A stretch of 64,000 bases of DNA from an uncultured virus (IMG/VR IMGVR_UViG_3300013232_000154) (taxonomy: Duplodnaviria > Heunggongvirae > Uroviricota > Caudoviricetes): IMG/VR virus record IMGVR_UViG_3300013232_000154, one strand, 5' to 3'. The position numbers were made by a program, and so were the translations under genes. The notes below the pieces were generated by a model. The model saw nothing but the letters and a program-made list of their open reading frames with translations, was not told the DNA's origin and did not search any database. Shown piece by piece: positions 44,810 to 54,727 of this stretch. Positions within the stretch are counted from its first letter, which is position 1. The number at the start of each line of letters is the position of its first letter.

Positions 44810-45285
44810 TAATCGTTAGCCAGGCGAAAAAGACGCTCATCATCATGCGCGGTCTCCCCGGAAGCGGTAAGTCGACTAGGGCCAAGGCCCTTGCGGCTGG
44901 TGGCGAGATCTTCTCCACCGACAACTTCTTCATGAAAGGTGGCAAGTACATCTACGACCCAGCATTGATCGGTAAGGCTCACGAGTGGAATCAGCAAGCG
45001 GCCATCGTAGCCATGATCCAAGGTGTTTCACCGGTGGTCATCGACAACACGAACATCAAGCGCATGCATGTCGAGCCTTACATTCAAGCCGCAAAGAAAC
45101 TCGGCTACGAGATCCAAGTCGCAGAACCAGACTCTCCGTGGTGGAAAAAACACTTCAAACGAGACATGACCCCAGAGGACAAGACCAAGCTCGTCAAGGA
45201 GTTAATGTCTCATGGGACGCATGACGTCCCAGAAGCCGCAATCACGAAGATGATTGACGGATGGGAACACGACTTCGAAGTCTAG
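44806..45285 (+). CDS. AAA_33 P-loop kinase (polynucleotide kinase-like)
   Basis: MRGLPGSGKST, STD, VIDNTN, THDVP. Confidence 0.85.
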   Translation: MIIVSQAKKTLIIMRGLPGSGKSTRAKALAAGGEIFSTDNFFMKGGKYIYDPALIGKAHEWNQQAAIVAMIQGVSPVVIDNTNIKRMHVEPYIQAAKKLGYEIQVAEPDSPWWKKHFKRDMTPEDKTKLVKELMSHGTHDVPEAAITKMIDGWEHDFEV

Positions 45286-45294
45286 GAGGATCGC

Positions 45295-45762
45295 ATGCCA
45301 CACGGGCTTGACACAGAGAACGAGGTATTCTTCTACGAGCAGGAGTTCTACGTCCTGAGCAACTTCTCCTCGTTCCAAGTCGACTTCCAAGGCCACACCT
45401 TCCAGACTTCGGAACACGCCTACCACTGGGCGAAGTTCCCTGATTCACTGGTCTGCTCATCTCTGGTGATGGCCGCCAAGTCGGCCCACGACGCCCTCAA
45501 GTTGGCGCACGAGTATGAGGAATTCGTGCGAAAAGACTGGAAGGATGTTCGGGTCGACATCATGCGACAGATCCTACGCGCAAAGGTCTCGCAACACCCG
45601 TACGTACGAAAGAAGCTGCTCGAGACTGGCGATAGAACCATCATCGAGAATTCCTGGCGCGACGACTTCTGGGGTTGGGGGCCAAACAAGCGAGGCAAGA
45701 ACATGCTCGGAAAGATTTGGATGGAAGTAAGAAGCGAAATTCGTCAGTCGGAAGGCCAGTAA
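45295..45762 (+). CDS. NADAR (YbiA-like) protein
   Basis: LSNF, TSEHAY..KF, LLETG..IE..DDFWG..GKNMLG. Confidence 0.9.
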   Translation: MPHGLDTENEVFFYEQEFYVLSNFSSFQVDFQGHTFQTSEHAYHWAKFPDSLVCSSLVMAAKSAHDALKLAHEYEEFVRKDWKDVRVDIMRQILRAKVSQHPYVRKKLLETGDRTIIENSWRDDFWGWGPNKRGKNMLGKIWMEVRSEIRQSEGQ

Positions 45763-45763
45763 C

Positions 45764-46225
45764 ATGCAGACGTTCCTCCCCTACCCAGATTTTGCCTTGA
45801 CCGCCAAAGCGCTCGACTGGAGGCGACTTGGAAAGCAACGCATTGAGGCCCGACAAATAATCGAAACGCTGATCGGCATTTCGAGTGGATGGAACAACCA
45901 TCCAGCGGTCAAGATGTGGCGTGGACATGAAGTTGCCTTGTCCATGTACTTGAAGTCCATCATTGACGAGTGGGTGTCTAGAGGATACCGCAACGAGGCG
46001 CAGTTCGTCCAAGTCATTGATCGTCGCCACGTAAAGATTCTCTTTGGAGGTCGTCCAGGGGTCATTCTGAAGACATCCAAAACTATTATGCCTCCATGGT
46101 TAGGTAACAAGTCATTTCATGCCAGCCATCGTAGTAACTTGCTGCGGAAAGATCGTGCTTGGTACTCCAGATTCGAATGGAAGGAACCGCCTAGCCTTCC
46201 ATACGTTTGGCCGACTGTGAGGTGA
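45764..46225 (+). CDS. pyrimidine-dimer glycosylase-like protein (DenV family)
   Basis: MQTFLPY..LD.RRLGKQRIE, HPAVKMW, SHRSNLLRK. Confidence 0.85.
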   Translation: MQTFLPYPDFALTAKALDWRRLGKQRIEARQIIETLIGISSGWNNHPAVKMWRGHEVALSMYLKSIIDEWVSRGYRNEAQFVQVIDRRHVKILFGGRPGVILKTSKTIMPPWLGNKSFHASHRSNLLRKDRAWYSRFEWKEPPSLPYVWPTVR

Positions 46226-46489
46226 ACGATGGAGAGGGTAAAGACCAAGATCAAGTGTGACCAGTGCGACTCCGAATTCGAGAGCGACTATGATCCAGAA
46301 TGGGAGACGCCCGACGATGCTGCATGGGCTGAGTCTTGTCATGACTGCGGGGACGTATTATGCCCTAAGTGTGATCGTTACCACGATTGCAGTGAATGGG
46401 CTGCCGTCGCAGAGGATTTCAATGAAAAGTGATCCTTCAGTAAAACAGGCCATTTCAACGCGGGGCAAAGTGTACTAAAATAATGAAAT

Positions 46490-46912
46490 CTAGTATGACT
46501 TGTTTTTTATATTAGAGATAGTTCCCAGCGAAACACCTACTGCGTCCCTTATGTCTATATATCTTTTGCCGTCAGCGAGCATTGCTTCAATTTGGTTTTT
46601 CCTGTCAAGAGAAAGGGTATATCCTCCAAGCGTATTAAGTCTTAGTTCTTGTGGTATGCTTATGACTAATTCTGCTTCTTTATGGTTTGATTCTTTGGTA
46701 CCAAAAACTGTACAAATGGTTCGAAACTGCCATTCTGGCAGATGCGGGTACTTGTCCCATTCTTTTTGCAAAAGTTTAGAGTGATGTTTCTGTTGGCACA
46801 AATCTAAATAATGTTGCGACCACCGAAGGAAAGGGTTTGGCCTCCTAGTCTTACCGATGTAGACCTTGTTGCTTAGAACACATCGTATTTCGTATATCCA
46901 ATAGCTGTCCAT
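46490..46912 (-). CDS. GIY-YIG homing endonuclease with C-terminal HTH
   Basis: WIYEI..KVYIGKT..RW..H; AT-rich. Confidence 0.8.
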   Translation of the reverse strand: MDSYWIYEIRCVLSNKVYIGKTRRPNPFLRWSQHYLDLCQQKHHSKLLQKEWDKYPHLPEWQFRTICTVFGTKESNHKEAELVISIPQELRLNTLGGYTLSLDRKNQIEAMLADGKRYIDIRDAVGVSLGTISNIKNKSY

Positions 46913-46941
46913 ATCTAGATTATACTTGAAATAATGAAACC

Positions 46942-47529
46942 CTACTTAATGATCTGGATCTTCGACGGGTTCAATACTAGGTAACTAGTGGATCCTATGC
47001 CTTCGACTTGGTTCTCGTACGCCATTCCATCATAACCTTTAGAAACCAACAGTTCTCTAAGGGCCTTCTCTTGCTGGTATTGACCCCAAGCCATCTCGTA
47101 CTCTGGTTGCGTGATGTATCCTTGATGCAGAAGCCACGTCCCAATGCCATTGAACTTCCATTGCCCGAAGTCGTCTGGAAGCTGGATTACCTTGTCAAGA
47201 TGAAGCATGGCCGCGATCGGCTCGAACGCCTGTGGCTGTGCTTTGACGTATGCCGCTGCCTCGCCTTTTGACTTGAATGGACCAACCCCATCACTTCCTT
47301 GGTCATCGAATACCCAGAAACCGTCCTTGTCGCCGTCGATGGAATACTCTATCTCGCTCCCTCCAATGGCGCTGAATCGGTCTTGGGCCGCTTCTTCCGT
47401 TCCAAAGTGGACGCCCAATTGGTCGCCAGGGTCAAAGGACTCAAACTTGGAGCGCGTGGCATGGTAGACTGGCCCCACGGTGGCCAACTTGCTCAATGAG
47501 GCACAGATAGATCGGATCCAAGGTCTCAT
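46942..47529 (-). CDS. ADP-ribosyltransferase-like (ART-PolyVal-like) protein
   Basis: VYHAT..F..GVHFG..A; GYDG..Y.NQVEG..SYLVL. Confidence 0.55.
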   Translation of the reverse strand: MRPWIRSICASLSKLATVGPVYHATRSKFESFDPGDQLGVHFGTEEAAQDRFSAIGGSEIEYSIDGDKDGFWVFDDQGSDGVGPFKSKGEAAAYVKAQPQAFEPIAAMLHLDKVIQLPDDFGQWKFNGIGTWLLHQGYITQPEYEMAWGQYQQEKALRELLVSKGYDGMAYENQVEGIGSTSYLVLNPSKIQIIK

Positions 47530-47622
47530 GCCTCCTAATTAGCCCACAAGCCCCATATTCCTGTCTAAATGGGCTTGCACACAAGGGGAAAGGTGATAGC
47601 ATGCGCGGTTGAGGAGGGAGAG

Positions 47623-47931
47623 ATGTTCGACTACAAACAGAAGTTCGAGCATGCTGGCAGAGGCCCCAATTGCCCGCATTGTCTCCAGAAAGATGGACAT
47701 ATTGCCGTCCTGGAATACAGAATCGCCATGCTTTGCTTCCACATCGATGCCGCCCATCTGGCACTGGGAGATGACGCCGCTTTCAAGGTTCAGATGGAAC
47801 TCAAAAAGCTGATCAAGTCGTTTGAAGACGACAAAAAGCTTCCGCCAGACCAGTTGTACGACGAGGCCGTCGAAAACTCGCTTGGTGGAAACAGCCGCTT
47901 TCCTGGCGGAATGTGGAGAGGCGACAAATGA
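47623..47931 (+). CDS. hypothetical protein
   Basis: GGAGG SD. Confidence 0.55.
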   Translation: MFDYKQKFEHAGRGPNCPHCLQKDGHIAVLEYRIAMLCFHIDAAHLALGDDAAFKVQMELKKLIKSFEDDKKLPPDQLYDEAVENSLGGNSRFPGGMWRGDK

Positions 47932-48593
47932 AATTCGTCGTCAAGGTCGATGACCAGTGGCTGGCCACCCAAAGCGTGTACGCTGAGCCAGTGTTGACTT
48001 CTGACAGATCAAAAGCCGCAGTCTTCCATGAGGTCGATCCAAATCTGATCATAAGCCAGATCAGGTCCATGTCCAAAAAAGGACAAAAGGTATCACATGA
48101 AGAGGACGATCGTGAGCCTCCGCTATTGCCGACGTACCCCGTCAACCGATGTCCGTTCTGCGAGCAGCGCCTTGATTCTTTCAACGACATTTCAGACGAC
48201 AAGTTCTTCATGAACACCACCTACTACTTCGTCCACTGTTCGAACTGCGAAGCGCGTGGCCCGCTATCGGATAACGAGTGCGAGGCTGCCGAGAACTGGA
48301 ACGGTTTGTATCCTCGCTCAAGCGCGACAAGGCTTGAACAATGTGTCTCAATCGACATAAGAGAAACACTTGAGATTCTTCACCGCGAAGAAGCCGACTT
48401 GGCCAACGCAATAAAAAGCTTGAATGATCCAAGCAAAGATCCGAAAGACCTCAAGATCATCGAAATGTACAAAAAAGATGCAGAAAACGGGTTGAAGTTC
48501 GCATGGCAACTTGTTTTCGAGCAGATAAAAACCCCAGAAGACCTTGAGATTTTGGTGAACGCATTAAGGACAAGAAAAGGAGAAGAGACGTGA
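47928..48593 (+). CDS. protein with Lar-like (restriction alleviation) Zn ribbon
   Basis: CPFC..VHCSNCEARGP..EAAENWN. Confidence 0.65.
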   Translation: MKFVVKVDDQWLATQSVYAEPVLTSDRSKAAVFHEVDPNLIISQIRSMSKKGQKVSHEEDDREPPLLPTYPVNRCPFCEQRLDSFNDISDDKFFMNTTYYFVHCSNCEARGPLSDNECEAAENWNGLYPRSSATRLEQCVSIDIRETLEILHREEADLANAIKSLNDPSKDPKDLKIIEMYKKDAENGLKFAWQLVFEQIKTPEDLEILVNALRTRKGEET

Positions 48594-49417
48594 GCGAGAA
48601 AACGTGGCCGCCAGACACAAGAAATCCATCCAAGTACAGGGTCATCGACTACGTCGGACGTGGCGACGATCCAGACGAGATAGTGTACATAGACCTTAAG
48701 GAGGACGGTACTCCACTTAACAAGGACTCCATCAGCTACAGGCGCAAGGACAAGGACGGATTCTACTCGACCACTTGGTTCAGAGATCCAAGAGCGTTCT
48801 ACTGCGCCATCTGCGGACATGGATGGGACAACTCTTGCAAGTCACTACGCAATAGCATGTTCCTGAACGACGCTCCAGAGGGCAAGGAATGCGTTCATAA
48901 TACTTGCTATCTCGGTCACCTTGGGATGGTTCAGCACGGTCTTTTCTATTGGGCGATTTGCGAAGGCAACATCAGAGACGGCATTCGCATGCTCTTCAAT
49001 GGCTTGAAGATCAAGCCTAACCAGTACGGAGGGGCTTACAACACTCCGTGGTACACAACCGACATTGTTGGGCTTAGCCTTGGCGAGAGTGGTGACTGGA
49101 AGCGTAGAAAGTTCAAGGCGCCAAACCTTCCCACGCTCGAACTCGGTAGACGCAAGCGCGTGTACTCCATGTTTCTCAAGTCTCCAGTCAAACTCGTCAT
49201 TGAAAGAAACGAAGACACAAAACACATCTTTGATGACGACACCACAAAGATATTCGGCGAGACACACATTTACGAAAATAAGTTCCCCAAGACTGCCGAT
49301 AGCATACTCATCCACGCATGGACGGATGAAAAGGTCCAGTTGTACATGAAGGCCTTCTGTTCCATCCTTTACGACAACATGAAGGACGTGTTGGAGGAGT
49401 ACGATGGTAACAAATAA
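48590..49417 (+). CDS. hypothetical protein
   Basis: coupled long ORF. Confidence 0.65.
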   Translation: MSEKTWPPDTRNPSKYRVIDYVGRGDDPDEIVYIDLKEDGTPLNKDSISYRRKDKDGFYSTTWFRDPRAFYCAICGHGWDNSCKSLRNSMFLNDAPEGKECVHNTCYLGHLGMVQHGLFYWAICEGNIRDGIRMLFNGLKIKPNQYGGAYNTPWYTTDIVGLSLGESGDWKRRKFKAPNLPTLELGRRKRVYSMFLKSPVKLVIERNEDTKHIFDDDTTKIFGETHIYENKFPKTADSILIHAWTDEKVQLYMKAFCSILYDNMKDVLEEYDGNK

Positions 49418-49587
49418 GGTCGCCCACGGCGCGGTTGGTGTTAATGTCAACCACGAGGGGAAGCTGGTACTTCTTCAAGCAGTCTCCACCAGTGACGAGG
49501 AGTATTGCAGGATATGCCTCACTCCGAAGGAGGCAAACGAGTTGGTCGACAAGCTCAAAGAAGCCATCAAAAAGGTAGAGACGAGTC

Positions 49588-50376
49588 ATGCCAAAAAGCA
49601 GACCGATTCTCTTTAACGGCGAGATGGTCAGAGCCATCTTGGCCGACAAGAAGACTCAGACCAGACGACCCGTGAAGTTCGTCCCCGCTCTTGGAGAACC
49701 AGACTACTGGTGCCCCTTGTACAAGGACAAGCCAGGCGATTTCCGTAGCATGGTAGGCAATCTTCCGAGATATTGCCCATTCGGCGACATCGGCGACACG
49801 CTCTGGGTCAAAGAAACGTGGTCCGTCGCTGCGAGCGTTCGCAGTACCTTTGAAAGCGTCTATCCAGACGACACCGTTGACTGGGAAGGGCCAGCCCCGT
49901 CACACAAACCGAAAGACCTTGTTCGCGTCGGAGAGGTTTCTCTTACCTTTAGCGAGCCATGGGTTCTCGGATGGCGAGCTGATTACTTCGGAGACGATAC
50001 GTACGAGTACAGAGGCTTCAAGTGGCGGCCATCGATCCACATGCCCAGATGGGCCTCCAGACTCGCGCTGAAAATCACGGACATTGACGTCCAACGCGTC
50101 AACGACATCACCGATGATGATGCTTTGGCCGAAGGGATAAGGCCTCATCAGGACATCACCCAGTACGAAGGCAAGATGGCCAATTGCTTCTTGCGGGAAT
50201 GGGACTACATCTACGCGTCCAGAGGCATGGGACGAAAGGAGAATCCATGGGTATGGATCATCAAGTTCGAGACGGTGGAGGCATACTGCCAAGAGAACAT
50301 AAGGAAACACATCAAGGACGATTTCGAGGGCAAGCAGGATTTATGCTTTCTCAAGCGGTTGAAATGGAAATACTAG
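49588..50376 (+). CDS. conserved phage ASCH/PUA-like protein
   Basis: PILFNGEMVRAIL..KTQTRR, WRPSIHMPRWASR, NPWVW. Confidence 0.8.
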   Translation: MPKSRPILFNGEMVRAILADKKTQTRRPVKFVPALGEPDYWCPLYKDKPGDFRSMVGNLPRYCPFGDIGDTLWVKETWSVAASVRSTFESVYPDDTVDWEGPAPSHKPKDLVRVGEVSLTFSEPWVLGWRADYFGDDTYEYRGFKWRPSIHMPRWASRLALKITDIDVQRVNDITDDDALAEGIRPHQDITQYEGKMANCFLREWDYIYASRGMGRKENPWVWIIKFETVEAYCQENIRKHIKDDFEGKQDLCFLKRLKWKY

Positions 50377-50471
50377 GGTACAACGTCCTGCTAGTCGACC
50401 TTGAGATGGACTGCAAACGAATCCTTGACCGTGCCAATCAATAGGGTATCCTTACGGTCGGAGGACATGAA

Positions 50472-50996
50472 ATGAAGTTCAGAGACATCAAACCCTATCA
50501 CGGCTGGGGTAACTATCAGGTTGACGTCCCCCTCCGCTACGTTCCCAAGAAGATCAAGGACTTCACGGACGAGTACGGCCTTGACATGAACCCCGACTTC
50601 CAACGCGCCCACGTCTGGACCAAGGACCAGCAAACGCGCTACATGGAGTTCCTACTCCGTCATGGAAGGACTGGCAGAGACCTTCTGTTCAACTCGACAT
50701 CGTGGATGAAAAATTTCAAACGTGACATGCTGCTCGTCGATGGAAAGCAGCGCATCGAGGCGATCTGCCAGTTCTTCGAGGACAACGTCCCCGTCTTTGA
50801 TGGCCATGTATTCTCCGACTACGAAGACAAGGTCGACATGATGATCAGCATGCGCTTCTACGTGAACACGCTGACGACACGCGCCGACATCCTCCAGTGG
50901 TACATCGACCTCAACGCTGGTGGAACCGTTCATGGAGAGGACGAGATCTACAAGGTCAGGGAACTTCTCAAGGAAGAGCTGAAAAAGAAATGCTGA
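50472..50996 (+). CDS. DUF262 (ParB-like) protein
   Basis: PDFQRAHVWT, VDGKQR. Confidence 0.8.
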   Translation: MKFRDIKPYHGWGNYQVDVPLRYVPKKIKDFTDEYGLDMNPDFQRAHVWTKDQQTRYMEFLLRHGRTGRDLLFNSTSWMKNFKRDMLLVDGKQRIEAICQFFEDNVPVFDGHVFSDYEDKVDMMISMRFYVNTLTTRADILQWYIDLNAGGTVHGEDEIYKVRELLKEELKKKC

Positions 50997-51451
50997 AGAT
51001 CTACCTTGCCGCTCCATTGTTCTCCGAGGCCGAGCGAATGTGGAACAAGGCATTCGCTAAAGGACTCATTGAGGCCATTTGCAAGAGAAAGTTCGCTGCC
51101 AGTACAAAGATCATCCTTCCTCAAGAGGTCGAATTGCCCCACAAGTACGGGACTAAGGAATTCGCCGTTGAAATCTACTACAAGTGCCTCAACCACATAG
51201 AAGAATCTCACGTCGTCATCGCCATACTTGACGGGCCTCAAGTCGATGACGGAACAGCGTTTGAGGTCGGATATGCTCGCGCCATGGGCAAGTCAGTCAT
51301 CGGGATAAGAAGCGACACGCGACCTGGAGAGTGGAATGGCTGCAACACGATGCTCTCCATTGGATGCAACAGGCTCATCACGTACAAGGAAAACATCGAT
51401 TACGAACTCGTGATAGATGCCATCGTTTTGGCGGCACGAAAGGAATTGTGA
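50990..51451 (+). CDS. nucleoside 2-deoxyribosyltransferase family protein
   Basis: IYLAAPLFS, DDGTAFEVGYA. Confidence 0.85.
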   Translation: MLKIYLAAPLFSEAERMWNKAFAKGLIEAICKRKFAASTKIILPQEVELPHKYGTKEFAVEIYYKCLNHIEESHVVIAILDGPQVDDGTAFEVGYARAMGKSVIGIRSDTRPGEWNGCNTMLSIGCNRLITYKENIDYELVIDAIVLAARKEL

Positions 51452-51454
51452 ACC

Positions 51455-52282
51455 ATGAAAATCACCTCCGAGGACTGCGTCAACGAGATTGACAAGGTTC
51501 TGCCTGGCAAGAAGTGGAAGCGCGTGTCCAAGAAGACCGTCATTGAGCGAGAGTTCGAGGTGGTCGGCCAGCCCAGCGTCAAGGTTCTCGTCCGAGAGGA
51601 CGGCGGGAAGCTGTCCGTCAGCTTCGGTCGATACGGCGAGCCATTAAATCCAGAACCAGATGCCAAGCGTCTGAACGAAGACGACTATTACTTCCAGTAC
51701 GATAAGGAGTTCGCCGAAGAAGAGGAGGCGGACTTCCCCGTCTTCAACATCGTCACGAAAGACTTCTGGGAAGACTTTCACCATTTCGACGACGGCGTCA
51801 ACTGCTCAAACGTCAAGATGCCAGCGGGATTCTGCGAATGCATGGAAGGCGCATTCGAGTTCAACGGGACGAAGGAGGAGGGCGTGAGGAGGCTCGTTGC
51901 CGCTGGATTCATCCCTCTTCCAGAAGAAGATTCTGGTTCTCTCAAGGACATCGTGTTCGCCGTGATCCCCATGAGGCGTGACGGCTCAGACAACGTCATG
52001 GTTTGGTTCGCCGACAAGAACAAGTTCCTTAAGAACTACAAGAAGGAACACCGAGACTACGTCCTGACTTCTAATCAGCGAGACATTCTGAACGAAGCCA
52101 TGGAAAAGGCTGGCTTTGTAGGAGGAGAAGTGGAGGATGGAGCAGATGGGTTCAGCCTTGAGTACAAGATCGAATATTGGGGCGAACACAACGATCTCAT
52201 CAGCGCGGATGACGTGAGAGCGGCCTTACGTAAGATCGGTTTCTCTGAGGATCCCAAGTACTCTAAATGGGCTTCGCAATAA
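51455..52282 (+). CDS. hypothetical protein
   Basis: long ORF. Confidence 0.65.
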   Translation: MKITSEDCVNEIDKVLPGKKWKRVSKKTVIEREFEVVGQPSVKVLVREDGGKLSVSFGRYGEPLNPEPDAKRLNEDDYYFQYDKEFAEEEEADFPVFNIVTKDFWEDFHHFDDGVNCSNVKMPAGFCECMEGAFEFNGTKEEGVRRLVAAGFIPLPEEDSGSLKDIVFAVIPMRRDGSDNVMVWFADKNKFLKNYKKEHRDYVLTSNQRDILNEAMEKAGFVGGEVEDGADGFSLEYKIEYWGEHNDLISADDVRAALRKIGFSEDPKYSKWASQ

Positions 52283-54637
52283 CTAGCCACGAGCCTTCAT
52301 GTGGCCAACGAGCCATGCCCTGACCAATTCTTGGTTTCCAACCGCAAGCGGCTCTCCAGTGGCTTCAGCAGACTGAATCGCAGAATTGATCTCGTCGTCA
52401 ATCCACTTCCCGAATAGGGAACCAAGGTTTCCATCCCATCGCATAAGCCTGTAAGTGAATTCGGCGAACCCCATGTTCTTGAGGATTTCCTTCAACTGCG
52501 GCTCGATTTCCATATGCCACAGCAAGTCATCTACTTCCCTCATGAACATTCCTTGTGCCCTGGCGTCGTCAACGTCAAAACTAGGATCAAAGTCATCTAT
52601 GCGATTGTTCCATCGTGATCTTCCGCTGTACTTTCTGTATATCGTTCGTGCTTGCTCTGGGGTCACCATCGACGGTTCGATCCCGAGGCTTTCAGCAGTC
52701 TCCACTATCTTAGGAATCCAGTGCGAAGAAAGCTTCCACTGAAGAAGCCTGGCGACGTTCAGCGTGTCACTGTATTTTTCCGAGTCTGAGGCCACGTCTA
52801 CCAAAGTAAACCTAGAGCCGTCCATCAAGATCTTCTTGCCAGACCTGGTCGGTATCTCAAGGAATGCCTTACCAGGGGCGAGAACGTCCTTCTTTACGCT
52901 AAAATCACTAGGATGGGACGGGTTGGCGACATTCGGCTTCGCCAGTATCTTTTCGTACGCCTCCTTGAGGATGGCATCTTTCTCTTCGTCAGAAATGGCG
53001 AACCCGCTCTTGCTTGGCGCGTCAGAGTAATCGCTGGCGATCTTCTCCAGAGCGTCAAGGTACAAGTACGCCCCCTGATTGTCCGTGTCCGTTGTGAAAG
53101 ACCTGACGTAACTGACAAACTCTTGAGGAGAATACTTTCTGAACATGGCCATCATGTTGTGTGACGAGTTGCCGTAATCAACCATCTTTTTGGCAATTTG
53201 CCCGAGCATGGACCACGTCGCGATCATGTTCTCGGTTATGTTTGCGTGACTTGATCTGCGACTTGTGAAGTTGTCGATATCCGTCATGATCTTTTCAAGT
53301 TCGGCGCCGCTGACGTTACTGTTTGAAACAACCTTCAAGTACTGGACGGCATAATCCGACTTCAGTCCAGTCACGGTCTCTTCAAGGGTGTCAATCTCAG
53401 AGTCACTATACGGAGGCCTTGATCCCTCGGCTTCTGCCGACGAGTTCTCGTCCTTCATCATCTTCAGTTTCTTCTCAGAGTCCAGAAGAAGCCTTGGAGA
53501 CAGCTTGCCGTCAGCCGCGAAGCTATCCATGAACGCGAAGAAGTCTCCACTGACTGGAATTTCAACTCCCTCGGCAGCGGACAACGCCTTGATTGCTCCG
53601 TACACCTCACCAAGTTGCTCCTTCTTGATCAGTCCAGAATCGCCGATCGGAGCGTCTTGAGCATCTTTGAACTGAGCCAACTTGAGGGACAAAAGTCCGA
53701 CTTGGCTGTTTCCCTTGAGGAGGAGGTACAGCGGAGACTCATCGCTGATGTGGTACTCCTCCTCGAACATCTTCTGGTTTCGTACGCACCACCTGGCGCT
53801 CTTACACAACTGATCGGCAAATCCCTCGCTCCACTTGGCCACACGAACGGCTCTGTATCCGTTCGGGAGTGGGATCATCCGCGTCCCCTCTATCCCAGCA
53901 TCTGGCTCGTCGATGCTGTACTTGCTTTCCCGCTGCTCGGGAGTGAGAGTCTTGTCGACGTACTCGGACAGCGCGTAGTGGGTTTCAAACTCGTCAAGTC
54001 CAAGCGGATAATCTGAACTCATCGCGAAGGCGAAATACTCTGACAACGCATCGGCAATTTCTCGCCTGTCTTCTACGATCTTCCTCACCGCCAACTCTTG
54101 GAAGTTAGGCTTGCCCCAGTTCTTGTACACGTTCAATTGGCTGTTGTAAAGCTTGCCAACCCATTGGAATGCCATAGGCCTGATCAGATTAAGGTCCACT
54201 TGCGGGTTGAGGCGTTGAGCCTTCCCTAAAGCAAGCGACACTATTGAGATGATTTCTGGAGGCAAATTGTTCCTGATCTGCGTCATCGTTTGCGGTGCGG
54301 AGGATACCTTGTTAATCTCCGCAACCAGTCCAGGATAATCGTACTTCGTCACGTCAATCTGGCCACCCTTGGCCTTGATCTTCGGTTTAAGCTTGTCGAA
54401 CGTCCTCAGCGCATTCCCCATCACCTCGACATCATTAACGCTGGCCTTCCCGCTCCTGATGTTCACGGCCATCCACCGCGCCAATTGGATCTTCCCAGCC
54501 GCGCTGGCGATCTGCGTGGACAACGCCTCGTCGAAGCCGAACTCCTTGACCAGAGCGGCCACGATGGCATTGGCGAAGATAGACCTGAAGTCGTCCAGAA
54601 GGCCGAACGACAGGCTACCAAAAGACACAATCCTCAT
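52283..54637 (-). CDS. large hypothetical protein (784 aa), possibly virion-associated
   Basis: Long ORF; AGG-N18-CGAAC-N8-ATG upstream; C-terminal VRAWLVGHMKA. Confidence 0.75.
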   Translation of the reverse strand: MRIVSFGSLSFGLLDDFRSIFANAIVAALVKEFGFDEALSTQIASAAGKIQLARWMAVNIRSGKASVNDVEVMGNALRTFDKLKPKIKAKGGQIDVTKYDYPGLVAEINKVSSAPQTMTQIRNNLPPEIISIVSLALGKAQRLNPQVDLNLIRPMAFQWVGKLYNSQLNVYKNWGKPNFQELAVRKIVEDRREIADALSEYFAFAMSSDYPLGLDEFETHYALSEYVDKTLTPEQRESKYSIDEPDAGIEGTRMIPLPNGYRAVRVAKWSEGFADQLCKSARWCVRNQKMFEEEYHISDESPLYLLLKGNSQVGLLSLKLAQFKDAQDAPIGDSGLIKKEQLGEVYGAIKALSAAEGVEIPVSGDFFAFMDSFAADGKLSPRLLLDSEKKLKMMKDENSSAEAEGSRPPYSDSEIDTLEETVTGLKSDYAVQYLKVVSNSNVSGAELEKIMTDIDNFTSRRSSHANITENMIATWSMLGQIAKKMVDYGNSSHNMMAMFRKYSPQEFVSYVRSFTTDTDNQGAYLYLDALEKIASDYSDAPSKSGFAISDEEKDAILKEAYEKILAKPNVANPSHPSDFSVKKDVLAPGKAFLEIPTRSGKKILMDGSRFTLVDVASDSEKYSDTLNVARLLQWKLSSHWIPKIVETAESLGIEPSMVTPEQARTIYRKYSGRSRWNNRIDDFDPSFDVDDARAQGMFMREVDDLLWHMEIEPQLKEILKNMGFAEFTYRLMRWDGNLGSLFGKWIDDEINSAIQSAEATGEPLAVGNQELVRAWLVGHMKARG

Positions 54638-54727
54638 GCCAATCTGTTCGTCCTAACCCAGCCTCGAACCTTCCACTTGACCGTGCCTTCACGCGTGATA
54701 TCCTACAAGCATCGGGAGGGTGAGTCA

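Noticed and set aside
46913..46945. AGG-N18 promoter for the GIY-YIG gene
   Set aside because: Spacing is 15 nt and a TATAAT box is present instead
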